In this document: positions 25,429 to 35,110 of the stretch, piece by piece
How positions within the stretch are numbered: position 1 is the first letter of the stretch
How the letters are laid out: every line of letters begins with the position of its first letter
Assembly (NCBI GenBank): GCA_031381325.1
Contig: JANMXV010000010.1
Span: 1-41,619, forward strand
DNA length: 41,619 nt
Direction: 5' to 3'
Source of the DNA: Betaproteobacteria bacterium
Lineage (GTDB): Bacteria > Pseudomonadota > Gammaproteobacteria > Burkholderiales > SG8-41
Translations under genes and position numbers: made by a program
The notes under the pieces: generated by a model
Told to the model about the DNA's origin: nothing
What the model saw: the letters and a program-made list of their open reading frames with translations, nothing else
The model's database searches: none

Positions 25429-26244
25429 ATGAACCAACCCGGAAACACCATCCCCACGCTCACCGAAAAACTGCTCGCCATCAAAGAAGGCCACATCGGC
25501 TGGATCATTTTCAACAATCCTGAAAAGCACAATGCCGTTTCGATGGAGATGTGGCAAAGCGTGCCGCTGGCGTTTGAAGCCTTCAATCACGATGCCGACG
25601 TGCGTGTGGTGATACTTAAGGGCGCCGGTGAAAAAGCATTCGTCTCGGGCGCGGATATTTCGCAATTCAAAGAGCGCCGCTCCAGTACCGACGCGATAGC
25701 GGAATACAACCGCACTTCGGACAAGGCCGGCGAGGCGATCCGCAATTGCCCGAAACCCACCATCGCGATGATCCGTGGCTATTGCATCGGCGGCGGCGCC
25801 GCGACGGCGACTAACTGTGACCTGCGTATCGCGTCGGATGATTCCAAATTCGGCGTGCCTGCCGGCAAGCTGGGTCTGGGTTATCGTTACCCCGGCGTGA
25901 AGCGTTTGACTGATTTGGTCGGCCCGCAATTCACCGCGGAAATTTTCTTCACCGCACGCCAATTCAACGCGCAAGAAGCGCTGGCGATGGGACTGGTCAA
26001 TCGCGTGGTAGCGGTCGCGGAACTCGAAAAGTATGTGCGCGACTACGCCGACACCATTAGCCGCAATGCGCCGCTCACCCTGGCTGCGATCAAGCGTTCG
26101 CTGATTGAATACGGCAAGGACGACGACCAGCGCGACCTCGCGCTGTGCGACAAAATGGTCAACGATTGCTTCGCCAGCGAAGACTACAAAGAAGGCCAGA
26201 CTGCGTTCATGGAAAAGCGCAAGCCGGTATTCAAAGGCCGGTAA
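25429..26244 (+). CDS. Enoyl-CoA hydratase/isomerase (crotonase) family protein
   Basis: NNPEKHNA, AFVSGADI, KPTIAMIRGYCIGGG, CDLRIA, SEDYKEGQTAFMEKRKPVFKGR. Confidence 0.92.
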   Translation: MNQPGNTIPTLTEKLLAIKEGHIGWIIFNNPEKHNAVSMEMWQSVPLAFEAFNHDADVRVVILKGAGEKAFVSGADISQFKERRSSTDAIAEYNRTSDKAGEAIRNCPKPTIAMIRGYCIGGGAATATNCDLRIASDDSKFGVPAGKLGLGYRYPGVKRLTDLVGPQFTAEIFFTARQFNAQEALAMGLVNRVVAVAELEKYVRDYADTISRNAPLTLAAIKRSLIEYGKDDDQRDLALCDKMVNDCFASEDYKEGQTAFMEKRKPVFKGR

Positions 26245-26412
26245 TTAACGGTTTCCTTTCGAATCACGCGGTGCGTTTTCACAGGGCGCAAGTCCAAGCG
26301 TGAAAGGCGCCAGCAATCCACCGCAGGAGGGTATTGCTAAATACTTGTTTTTAGGTATTTTTCGTCAGATGACTGTATGATGTTTCAATCACGTGAATAA
26401 GCCATCGCGGCA

Positions 26413-29400
26413 TTGAGCAAACTACTCGACAACCTCAAACAGGCCGAGCGCATGCGCAAGGCCCTGCGTGACGCCGTAGCAGAAGAGCCGGAGGACGCGA
26501 CTGTTTTGACAGACGTGTACTCCGGCGGGCCGGAATCGCCGCCGCATGAAACCGCCGCCGTCCGCATGGCGCAGGCTGCGGCGTTCGATGCATTGCAGGC
26601 CAGCATTACCAAGGATACGCAAGGGGCCAAACGCGCCCAGGCGCGCGCCGATACGGAGTCCGCCAAAATCATTCAAGCGCGGGAACGCATCGAGGCTGAA
26701 AAACGCGCGGTTGCGGTGGCGCGCATGCGCGTGGCGATGGAAGAACAGGCCGCCAGGCTGGCCGACGAGCGCCGCGCGCTGGACGCAGAAGCCGCGCAAA
26801 AGGCACAACAGCGCACACACATAGAAGCGCAGGCGATGCAGGCCGCGCAAGCGCGAATTAGCGCCGCGCACGAAGCGGGTCTGGCGGCCGAAGCCAGGCT
26901 TGCGGCGGAGTCGGCGGCGGCGCGCGACAGCGAGGCCGCGCGCGCGCAAGCGATGGAAGGCGTCGCCGCGCAAATCGACACCGAGCGGCGCATGGCGGTG
27001 GTGGCGCAGGAGCGCGCACGCGCGGAAGTAGATGCGCGCGATGCGGCGCTGGCGCTGGCGCAGCGCGAGGCCGAAGCACTGACGGCCGCGCATGAGCGCG
27101 AAGCCAGCGAGCTGGCGGCTCATGACGCAGCGCAAGCCCATGCTCAAGCTGCGGCAGAAGCCGCGCGTATCGCCGCCGAACGTGTAGAGGCCGAGACCCG
27201 CGCCGCACTGCAATTGCAGGCGCGCCTGGTGGCGGAAGAACAGCAGCGCAATGCCGAGGCGCTGGCAGAGCGCAACAGCGAGGCCGCAAGAGTCAAAGCG
27301 CTGGAGAGCGTGGCCGCGCAAATTGAAACCGAACGGCGCATAGCGGTGATCGCGCAGGAGCGCGCAAAGGCAGCGCAACAATCACACGCGGCTGCACTGA
27401 CGCTGGCGCAGCGTGAGGCCGAAGCACTGACGGCCGCGCATGAGCGCGAAGCCAGTGAGCTGGCGGCTCATGACGCAGCGCAAGCCCATGCTCAAGCTGC
27501 AGCAGAAGCCGCGCGTATCGCTGCTGAACGTGTAGAGGCCGAGACCCGCGCCGCACTGCAATTGCAGGCGCGCCTGGTGGCGGAAGAGCAGCAGCGCAAT
27601 GCCGAAGTGCTGGCAGAGCGCAACAGCGAGGCCGCCTGCGTCAAAGCGCTGGAGAGCGCAGCCGTTCAAATCGAAGCCGAACGGCGCGCAGCGGCGATCG
27701 CGCAGGCGCGGGAAAGGGCAGCGCAAGAAGCGCACGAGGCTGCATTGAGGCTGGCGCAGCGTGAGGCCGAAGCATTGGCAGCCGCGCGTGAACGTGACGC
27801 CAGCGAACTGGCCGCGCGCACTGCCATTGAAGCGCAAACCAGCGCTGCCGCGGACGCCGCACGCATCGCCGGCGAACGGTTAGAGACCGAAAGCCGTGCC
27901 GCCGCTCAATTGCAGGCGCGCCTGCAAGCGGAAGAGCAACATCGTGGCGCTGCCGCCGAGGCGCTGCGCAACACCGAGGCCGCGCACGCCGCCGCGCAGG
28001 CGCGGGAGGCGCTCGAAGCGCGTTTGGCGGCAGAGATCGAAGCGCTATTCGCGGACGAGCGCAATGAAGAGCGGCTGGCCAAAGAGCAACGCGCATTGGA
28101 TGAGACCGTAATCCGGCAAGCGCGCCAGAGAGAGAAAAAAGAGCTGGCGGCCCAACGTGCCAGCGATGCCCGTGCGCAGGTGGCGCTGCAAGCCGCCAAT
28201 GCCGCCGCCGAACGCGTGCAGGCCGGGACGCGCGCGGCGGAAGCGGCACGCGCGCGTATTAACGCGGAGCAGGCCGAGCAGCAGGCGCTGCTGGCGGCTC
28301 GTGAGGAAGCGCAGGCCGAACAAGCCGTGGCGCGCGAGCTTGAAGCGCTGGAAAATGAACTGGGCGCCGCCGCCGCCGCGCGGCTTGAGACTGAACAGGA
28401 AGTTGCACGTTTGCTGCAACAGCAAGTGGCCCTCGACCAATCCGTATCGCAACTCGCGATTGCACGAATAGTCACGGAGAAAAAAGCGCAACAGGCCATG
28501 CATGATAATACGCAGGGCCAGTTGGAAGCGCAGCGCGTGGCGCAGGTGCGTGCTGATGCCGAAGCTCGCGCCGGCACGGAACTGCAAATGCGCATCGCCG
28601 CCGAAGAAGCGCTGCACCATGTGGCTGGCGCAGCGTCACAAGCGGCCGAGGCGGCGATTGCCGTTGCCCAAGCGCGTGAGGCGAACGAAAACCAATTGCG
28701 TTTTGAAGCCATCGCGCGGCTCGATGAAGAACGCAAGGCCGCGCAGCTCGCCGAAGCGCAACGTGCACTGAATGCCGCGGCATTGCAGATGGCGGAACAG
28801 CGCGCATTGGCGGAGAACGAGGCCGCCGAAGCCGCACAGCTCAGTGCGCGGGCGCAGGTGGAGGCGCAACGTGTGGCTCGGGCGTGTGCAGAAGCCGAAG
28901 CGCGCGCCGGCGAAGCATTGCAAACGCGCATGGCTGCCGAGGCGGCGCTGCATCAAGCAGCCGCTGACGCGGCGCAGGCGGCTGAAGCAGCGATGGCCGC
29001 GGCCCAGGCGCGCGAGGCGCAGGAAATCAAACTGCGCGACGAGGCCAGGGCGCGGGTGGAGGCCGAGCACCTATCGGCGCAGTTGATGGAAGCACAGCGT
29101 GTACAGAATGCCGCAGTAATGCAGGCACTGCGCGAACGAACCATCGGCGAACATCAGGCACGGCAGGCCGCCGAGACTCGCGCACAGGTCGAAGCCGAGG
29201 CGGCGGCAGAACTGCAGGCGCGTATTGCACAAGAGGCAGAGGCGCAGCGTGCCGCGAATGAGGCGGTCGAGGCTGCGCAGGCGGCCGCGGCTGCGGCTAG
29301 CGAGCGATTGGAGCTTGAAAACAATCTGCACAATGAAGCACAGGCGCGTATTGCCACGGAGCACGAGGCGCAGCGCCTGGCCGAGGTGCAGCGCGTACAG

Positions 29401-31179
29401 GAAATCGCCGCGCTCGAAGTTGCGCAAGCGCGCGCATCCCGGGAATCGGAATTGCGCCGTGTAGCGGAGGCGCACCGGCAGGCGGCGTTGGACGTTAAAC
29501 GCGCCGCCGGCGAGCGGCTGGTGGCCGATGCACGCGCCGCCGGCGAATTACAAGCGCGGCTGGAAATCGAGGTTAGCCATCGCGATACCGAGACCGCAGC
29601 GTTGCAAGCGTCGGCAGCGGCGCTGACGGCGGCGCGCGAGCGTGAGTCGCTGGAATTCAGGTTGAATAACGAAGTCGAAGCACGCTTTACCGTGGAACGC
29701 GAGGCAGAAAAACGCGCTCTCGAAGCGCGCGAAATTGACGAAGCCGTTACGCGTCAGGCGCGTCAGCGCGAGAAAAAAGAGCTAGCGGCACGGCGTGCAA
29801 CGGAGAAACGCATCCACACCGAGAACGACGCTGCGCAGGCCGCCCGGGAGCGTGCGCAAGCCGAGTCGCGGGTCGCCGCTGAAATGCAGGCAAGCCTGGA
29901 TGCCGAGCAAGCCCTGCGTGCGGCCGCCGCCGCCGCAAACCAGGCTGCCGAGGCCGCCCAGGCGGCGGCACGTGAGCGCGTAGCGCTGGAAGCAAAACTG
30001 AGTAGCGAAGCCGAAGCGCGTATCGCAATGGAACAAGAAGCCACGCGCGCGGCTGCGGCGCAACGTTTGCTGGAAGAAGGTGCGCTGGGTCAGGCGCAGG
30101 CGCGTGAACGCAACGAGATGGAGGCGACAGCCGCGGCGCGGCAGCAGGCGGCAGAATCGCAGGCTGTGCGGCTTGCGCTGGAAGCGAAGCTGGAAGCCGA
30201 GCAGGCGCAGATGCGCGCAGCACGCGAGCGTGAGACCGCAGTAGCGAGTGCCATGGCCGAAGTCAATGCCCGGATCGACGCAGAACTTCGGCTTGCCGCG
30301 GTCGCGCAGGAGCGCGCGGATGCGCAAGGCGCTTTGCATGCAGCGGCACAGGCACTGGCCGCACGCGAGGCGGCGGCTTTGGATGCCGCGCGCACGCGGG
30401 AGCATAACGCGTTGCTGGCGCAGCGCGCCGCGCAAGACCACACGCAGGCGGCCGCGCTAGCCCATCGATTGGCCGCCGAACGTCTGTCCTCCGAACAAGC
30501 CGCGGCGCTGCTGGCGGCGGAGCTTGCGCGTGAAGAGGCGGCCGCGCTGGCACAGTCGCGGGAAAGTCTCGCGCTGGAAGCGCAGACGCTGGCCACGGCA
30601 AAACAACGCAGCGAAGCCGAAGCGGATCAGGCGCGCATGGCGCAGGAGCGCGCTGCGGCGGAAGCGGCGCGGGAACAAACCCTGCTGGAACGCGAGCGTG
30701 AAGAAAAACAGGCGATGCGCGAAACCTTGAAACGCGCCGCGCTCGAAGAACGTTTGCAGCTCGCATCGGCGCGCCGTCTCGAAAAGGAGCGGTTATGGCA
30801 TGCTGCCGCGGCGCAGCGTCAGGCGCACGAGGCGCAAACGGCCGAGAGGATGCGTTTGCGCGACACTGCTGATGCGGAACACAGCACGCTGAGCACGTTG
30901 CGTGTGGAACACGCGGTGCGCATGGCGTCACGTCCTGCGCAAGCCAAGGGTGCTTTGCCGTACGCGGTAGCTGGGTTGCTGGCAACGGTTTTAGCCGCAG
31001 GCAGTTTTTATGTAACGCAGCACACGCCGCAGCCTGTGCCCTCACAGACTGCACAGGCGGCCGCGCCTGCGCTTACCAACGCCACGCCAGTGCCGATGCT
31101 GCGGCTGGATCGTGATCTAAGCAGCGTGGAGGCGGTTACATTGCCGTCGTCGGGCGCGAGCGCTGTGCCCGATCGATAA
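26413..31179 (+). CDS. Giant Ala/Glu/Arg/Gln-rich coiled-coil protein with a C-terminal membrane anchor (1588 aa)
   Basis: Uninterrupted 4.8-kb ORF; long Pro-free helical rod; one TM near the C-terminus (LPYAVAGLLATVLAAGSFYV); TTG start uncertain. Confidence 0.85.
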   Translation: MSKLLDNLKQAERMRKALRDAVAEEPEDATVLTDVYSGGPESPPHETAAVRMAQAAAFDALQASITKDTQGAKRAQARADTESAKIIQARERIEAEKRAVAVARMRVAMEEQAARLADERRALDAEAAQKAQQRTHIEAQAMQAAQARISAAHEAGLAAEARLAAESAAARDSEAARAQAMEGVAAQIDTERRMAVVAQERARAEVDARDAALALAQREAEALTAAHEREASELAAHDAAQAHAQAAAEAARIAAERVEAETRAALQLQARLVAEEQQRNAEALAERNSEAARVKALESVAAQIETERRIAVIAQERAKAAQQSHAAALTLAQREAEALTAAHEREASELAAHDAAQAHAQAAAEAARIAAERVEAETRAALQLQARLVAEEQQRNAEVLAERNSEAACVKALESAAVQIEAERRAAAIAQARERAAQEAHEAALRLAQREAEALAAARERDASELAARTAIEAQTSAAADAARIAGERLETESRAAAQLQARLQAEEQHRGAAAEALRNTEAAHAAAQAREALEARLAAEIEALFADERNEERLAKEQRALDETVIRQARQREKKELAAQRASDARAQVALQAANAAAERVQAGTRAAEAARARINAEQAEQQALLAAREEAQAEQAVARELEALENELGAAAAARLETEQEVARLLQQQVALDQSVSQLAIARIVTEKKAQQAMHDNTQGQLEAQRVAQVRADAEARAGTELQMRIAAEEALHHVAGAASQAAEAAIAVAQAREANENQLRFEAIARLDEERKAAQLAEAQRALNAAALQMAEQRALAENEAAEAAQLSARAQVEAQRVARACAEAEARAGEALQTRMAAEAALHQAAADAAQAAEAAMAAAQAREAQEIKLRDEARARVEAEHLSAQLMEAQRVQNAAVMQALRERTIGEHQARQAAETRAQVEAEAAAELQARIAQEAEAQRAANEAVEAAQAAAAAASERLELENNLHNEAQARIATEHEAQRLAEVQRVQEIAALEVAQARASRESELRRVAEAHRQAALDVKRAAGERLVADARAAGELQARLEIEVSHRDTETAALQASAAALTAARERESLEFRLNNEVEARFTVEREAEKRALEAREIDEAVTRQARQREKKELAARRATEKRIHTENDAAQAARERAQAESRVAAEMQASLDAEQALRAAAAAANQAAEAAQAAARERVALEAKLSSEAEARIAMEQEATRAAAAQRLLEEGALGQAQARERNEMEATAAARQQAAESQAVRLALEAKLEAEQAQMRAARERETAVASAMAEVNARIDAELRLAAVAQERADAQGALHAAAQALAAREAAALDAARTREHNALLAQRAAQDHTQAAALAHRLAAERLSSEQAAALLAAELAREEAAALAQSRESLALEAQTLATAKQRSEAEADQARMAQERAAAEAAREQTLLEREREEKQAMRETLKRAALEERLQLASARRLEKERLWHAAAAQRQAHEAQTAERMRLRDTADAEHSTLSTLRVEHAVRMASRPAQAKGALPYAVAGLLATVLAAGSFYVTQHTPQPVPSQTAQAAAPALTNATPVPMLRLDRDLSSVEAVTLPSSGASAVPDR
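27053..27930 (+). repeat. Intragenic 348-bp (116-aa) tandem repeat: two near-identical copies and a diverged partial third
   Basis: CAGCG(C/T)GAGGCCGAAGCA recurs at 27061, 27409 and 27757. Confidence 0.92.
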
Positions 31180-31195
31180 TTTTTTCAGTGGTGTT

Positions 31196-31215
31196 GGCCG
31201 CGCGTTGCGGCCTAC
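31196..31215 (-). repeat. Single GTAG-led REP-like hairpin between convergent genes
   Basis: Minus strand reads GTAGGCCGCAACGCGCGGCC (GGCCGC/GCGGCC stem). Confidence 0.45.
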
Positions 31216-31266
31216 GCTGAAACGTTTGCACGGAAAGGGCGGTATTCTATAACTATTTGTTTTAAA

Positions 31267-31905
31267 TCATTTTTTTACGACATTCATCAGCAGTGGATTC
31301 AGCGTCTTCCACACCGTCGCCAGCATTACCGGCTGCGCGCGCAGCGCGGGATGTACGCCATCCGCCTGAAACCATTCCGGCTTGTCACCAAAGCCTTCCA
31401 TTAAAAACGGCACCAGCGGCAAGTGGCGGCGTTTTGCCAGCTCCAAATAAGTTGCATGGAACTTGTCGGCGTACGCGTTGCCGTAGTTGGGCGGCAAACG
31501 CATGCCGATCAACACCACTTGTGATTTCGACTTGCTGCACGCATCTATGATGGCTTCGAGGTTGTTGCGCATGGCGTCTACGCTTTGCCCGCGCAGGCCG
31601 TCGTTGCCGCCGAGTGCGAGCAACACCAGCGTGGGTTTATATTGTGAGAGCGTGGCGTTTATGCGTTTCAATCCGCCGAGCGTGGTTTCACCGGAGATGC
31701 TGGCGTTGGCTACCGTATAATCAATTCCTTCCCGCTTTAAGCGCTGCGCAAGCAGACTAACCCATGCTTTATCCTGCGCCAATCCGTAGCCGGCCGACAG
31801 GCTGTCGCCATAAACGAGGAGCGTGGGCGCTGCTGCAGCCGATGCAACCGGCGCGCACAGGGCGAAAACAATCAGCACCCCCAACAATAAAAGACTACGC
31901 AACAT
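31267..31905 (-). CDS. tesA: GDSL/SGNH arylesterase / acyl-CoA thioesterase I
   Basis: Signal peptide; GDSLSAGYG, NASISGETT, LGGNDGLRG, DGVHP; divergent from ybbA. Confidence 0.92.
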   Translation of the reverse strand: MLRSLLLLGVLIVFALCAPVASAAAAPTLLVYGDSLSAGYGLAQDKAWVSLLAQRLKREGIDYTVANASISGETTLGGLKRINATLSQYKPTLVLLALGGNDGLRGQSVDAMRNNLEAIIDACSKSKSQVVLIGMRLPPNYGNAYADKFHATYLELAKRRHLPLVPFLMEGFGDKPEWFQADGVHPALRAQPVMLATVWKTLNPLLMNVVKK

Positions 31906-32587
31906 GCCCGACACTCCCGTTACTCCTGCGATTGAAGTCTCTCTGCTCGGCAAAGAGGTTACCACCGGCGACACTGCATTGACCATTTTGCGCGACGTGA
32001 GTTTCAACGTCGCGGCCGGCGAAGCGGTGGCGGTAGCAGGTGTTTCCGGTTCCGGCAAATCCACGCTGCTGGCATTGATGGCCGGGTTGGACACGCCCAG
32101 CACGGGCAGCGTTCACATTGCAGGCCAGGATTTGTTCGCGCTGGATGAGGATGGCCGCGCTGCGCTGCGCGGACGTAGCATGGGCTTTGTGTTCCAGTCG
32201 TTTCAGTTGCTGGCGTCGATGACCGCGCTGGAAAACGTAATGGTGCCGCTGGAGTTGGCGGGCATCGAGGGGGGGCGCGAAAAAGCATCCACCTTGCTGC
32301 GGCGCGTGGGATTGGGTGAACGGTTGCATCATTATCCGAAGCAGTTGTCCGGCGGCGAGCAACAGCGCGTGGCGATTGCGCGCGCGTTCGTGACCTCGCC
32401 GTCGATCCTGCTGGCCGATGAGCCGACGGGCAATCTCGATGCGACTACCGGCGCGCAGGTGATCGATCTGATGTTTGAATTGAACCGCGAACGCCACGCC
32501 ACGCTGGTGCTGGTGACGCACGACGAATCGCTGTCGGCGCGCTGCGGGCGTGTAATTCGCCTGGCGGGCGGCAGGCTGCAACCATGA
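31904..32587 (+). CDS. ybbA: ABC transporter ATP-binding protein (YbbA/LolD-like)
   Basis: GVSGSGKST, LSGGEQQR, LADEPTGNLD, VTHD; tesA-ybbA-ybbP arrangement. Confidence 0.9.
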   Translation: MPDTPVTPAIEVSLLGKEVTTGDTALTILRDVSFNVAAGEAVAVAGVSGSGKSTLLALMAGLDTPSTGSVHIAGQDLFALDEDGRAALRGRSMGFVFQSFQLLASMTALENVMVPLELAGIEGGREKASTLLRRVGLGERLHHYPKQLSGGEQQRVAIARAFVTSPSILLADEPTGNLDATTGAQVIDLMFELNRERHATLVLVTHDESLSARCGRVIRLAGGRLQP

Positions 32588-35091
32588 CGCTATTGCACGC
32601 GATAAATGAATGGCGCATGGCGCTGCGCTTGCTTACGCGCGATTTTCGTGCGGGCGAACTGACATTGATTGCCATCGCCGTCATCATCGCGGTGGCCGGC
32701 GTGACTACCGTCGGGTTTTTCACCGATCGGGTGCAGCTTGCGTTGAACCGGCAGGCGAATCAATTGCTGGGTGCGGATTTAGTGGTGTCACACGACCGCG
32801 CGCTGCCGTCTGAAATGGTGCAGGAAGCGCAGCGCCGCCAACTGGCGGTGACGCAGATGCTGCGTTTTCCCAGCATGGCGGTACGCGGCGACAAAAACGT
32901 TTTGGCCGACATTAAAGTGGTGGCAGCGGGTTACCCGTTACGCGGTGAAGTGCGTATCGCCGACAAACTTTACGGCGAGGATCGCCGTGCGCCATCCATA
33001 CCCGCGCCGGGAACGGTGTGGGTGGACGAGCGCATTTTGTCGCAACTCAATGTTTCAGTAGGTGAGAAAATATCCATTGGAAATAATAATTTAGCTATTG
33101 CTTCCGTGATGACGCAAGAGCCGGATGCCACCATCGGCTTCATCAATGCCGGGCCGCGCGTGATGGTGAATGAGGCCGATCTCGCTGCCACCGGGCTGGT
33201 GCAAACCGGCAGCCGCATACGCTATCGCTTGCAGATTGCCGGCAGCGCTGAAGCGATAGACAGCTATCGCGACTGGCTCACCACGCAACTGCAACCGGGC
33301 CAGCGCATCGAAGGCATACGCGACGCGCGTCCGGAAATCCGCTCGGCGCTGGAGCGTGCGGAAAAGTTTCTGAATATTGCGGCGCTGGTCAGCGTGATAC
33401 TCGCTGCGATGGCGATTGCGCTGGCGGCCCGGCGTTTTCTGCAAAGGCATCTGGATGCCTGCGCCATGATGCGTTGCCTCGGCGCGAGTCAGGGTCAGTT
33501 GATGCGCATGTATTTAGTGCATTTCGCGGTGCTGGGTTTGGCGGCGAGTGTCATCGGCTGCGTGATCGGCGCGCTGGCACAGCAGGCACTCGCGTACTGG
33601 CTGGGCAGTGTGGTCGCGGTGGATTTGCCGCGGCCGGGCGCGCTGCCTCTAGCGCAGGGCTTAATAACCGGCATCGCGTTGTTGCTGGGCTTTGCCATGC
33701 CGCCCATTCTGGCGCTGGGCCGCGTGCCGACCATGCGCGTGCTGCGCCGTGATCTGGGCGCGCCCGGCGGGCGCGGCGTCGCGGGCTATATGCTGGGCTA
33801 CGCGGTTATCGCCGGCATGATCTTCTGGAAAGCCAGTGATCTGCGTCTGGGCGCCTATGTCGTACTGGGATTCAGCGGTGCGATGCTGATCGCGGGCGCG
33901 GCTTCGTGGCTGCTGCTCAAAGCGGTGTCGGGGCTGCGTAACGGCGGCATCAGTTGGCGCTTTGGCATCGCCAATCTGAGCCGGCGGCCGTTGGGCACTA
34001 TTGTGCAGATCATTGCACTGGGGCTGGGGTTGATGGCGTTGCTGACGCTGACGCTGATACGCAACGACTTGGTTAACGCCTGGCAGGCGAGCCTGCCGCC
34101 GGATGCGCCGAACCGATTTCTGGTGAATATACAAAACGATCAGGTGGCGCCGCTGAAGGCATTTTTCGCGGAACGCAAAATAGCCGAGCCGCTGATGCAT
34201 CCGATGATACGCGGACGGCTGGTCAAGGTGAACGAGCACAGCGTCACCGCCGCCGATTACCCCGACGAGCGCGCCAAGCGCCAGATCGAGCGCGAATTCA
34301 ATCTGTCGTGGGCGGCGAACCTGCCCAAGGACAATCGCATTACGGCCGGACAGTGGTGGGATGTCAGTGGCGCGCCGCGCGAACAATATTCCATGGAAGA
34401 CGGCATTGCGCAGCGGCTGGGCGTAAAACTGGGTGACCGGCTGACATTCGACATTGCGGGTACGCCGGTCAGCGCTGCGGTAACCAGCCTGCGCAAAGTG
34501 GATTGGGACAGCTTCAACGTCAATTTTTTCATGATCGCGCCGCCAGCGCTGCTCGAAGGCCAGCCGGTGAGTTATGTCACCAGTTTTCACTTGCCTCCGC
34601 GCAATGCCGAACTGCTCAACGCACTGATTAAACAATTTCCCAATTTGTTGATCATCGACGTGGCGCAGGTTATGGCGCAGGTGCAAAAAATGATGACGCA
34701 GGTATCGAAGGCCGTGCAGTTCGTGTTCCTGTTTACCTTGCTGGCGGGGCTGGTGGTGTTCTATGCCGCCATCGCCAGCACGCAGGATGAGCGCATCCAG
34801 CAGGCCGCCGTGCTGCGTACACTGGGTGCAAGCCGCGCGCAACTGACGCGCGCGCACCTGGCCGAGTTCGCGGTGATCGGCGCGCTGGCCGGGCTGATAG
34901 CCGCGGCAGGCGCGAGCGGATTAGGTTATCTGCTGGCGGTGAAAATACTCAACTTGAGCTACAACTTCAGTCCGCTGGCGTGGTTGGTGGGCGTGGTGTG
35001 CGGCAGCGCGGGCATCGCGATTGCAGGGTATCTGGGTACGCGACGCGTGCTGGCGACACCGCCGATGCTGGTGCTGCGGGAACTGGCCTGA
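32584..35091 (+). CDS. ybbP: ABC transporter permease (YbbP, double FtsX/MacB type)
   Basis: RDFRAGEL, LLGADLV, YPLRG, PPDAPNRFLVNIQ, RKVDWDSF; many TMs. Confidence 0.9.
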   Translation: MTLLHAINEWRMALRLLTRDFRAGELTLIAIAVIIAVAGVTTVGFFTDRVQLALNRQANQLLGADLVVSHDRALPSEMVQEAQRRQLAVTQMLRFPSMAVRGDKNVLADIKVVAAGYPLRGEVRIADKLYGEDRRAPSIPAPGTVWVDERILSQLNVSVGEKISIGNNNLAIASVMTQEPDATIGFINAGPRVMVNEADLAATGLVQTGSRIRYRLQIAGSAEAIDSYRDWLTTQLQPGQRIEGIRDARPEIRSALERAEKFLNIAALVSVILAAMAIALAARRFLQRHLDACAMMRCLGASQGQLMRMYLVHFAVLGLAASVIGCVIGALAQQALAYWLGSVVAVDLPRPGALPLAQGLITGIALLLGFAMPPILALGRVPTMRVLRRDLGAPGGRGVAGYMLGYAVIAGMIFWKASDLRLGAYVVLGFSGAMLIAGAASWLLLKAVSGLRNGGISWRFGIANLSRRPLGTIVQIIALGLGLMALLTLTLIRNDLVNAWQASLPPDAPNRFLVNIQNDQVAPLKAFFAERKIAEPLMHPMIRGRLVKVNEHSVTAADYPDERAKRQIEREFNLSWAANLPKDNRITAGQWWDVSGAPREQYSMEDGIAQRLGVKLGDRLTFDIAGTPVSAAVTSLRKVDWDSFNVNFFMIAPPALLEGQPVSYVTSFHLPPRNAELLNALIKQFPNLLIIDVAQVMAQVQKMMTQVSKAVQFVFLFTLLAGLVVFYAAIASTQDERIQQAAVLRTLGASRAQLTRAHLAEFAVIGALAGLIAAAGASGLGYLLAVKILNLSYNFSPLAWLVGVVCGSAGIAIAGYLGTRRVLATPPMLVLRELA

Positions 35092-35110
35092 ACGGCGGTA
35101 TACTGATTTT

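Noticed and set aside
26413-31179. Phage tape-measure protein or TolA
   Set aside because: No phage genes nearby; the TM is C-terminal, whereas TolA has an N-terminal anchor and sits in a tol-pal operon.
31903-31906. Head-to-head overlapping start codons (CATG) of tesA and ybbA
   Set aside because: Real, but divergent overlap of tesA and ybbA is a known conserved arrangement. The longer ORF-track versions are upstream extensions.
24216-34857. Long antisense or alternate-frame ORFs (for example 24216-25322, 26422-27381, 27906-28931, 33661-34857)
   Set aside because: Shadow ORFs of GC-rich genes with no motifs; the opposite strand has clear family signatures or a much longer ORF.
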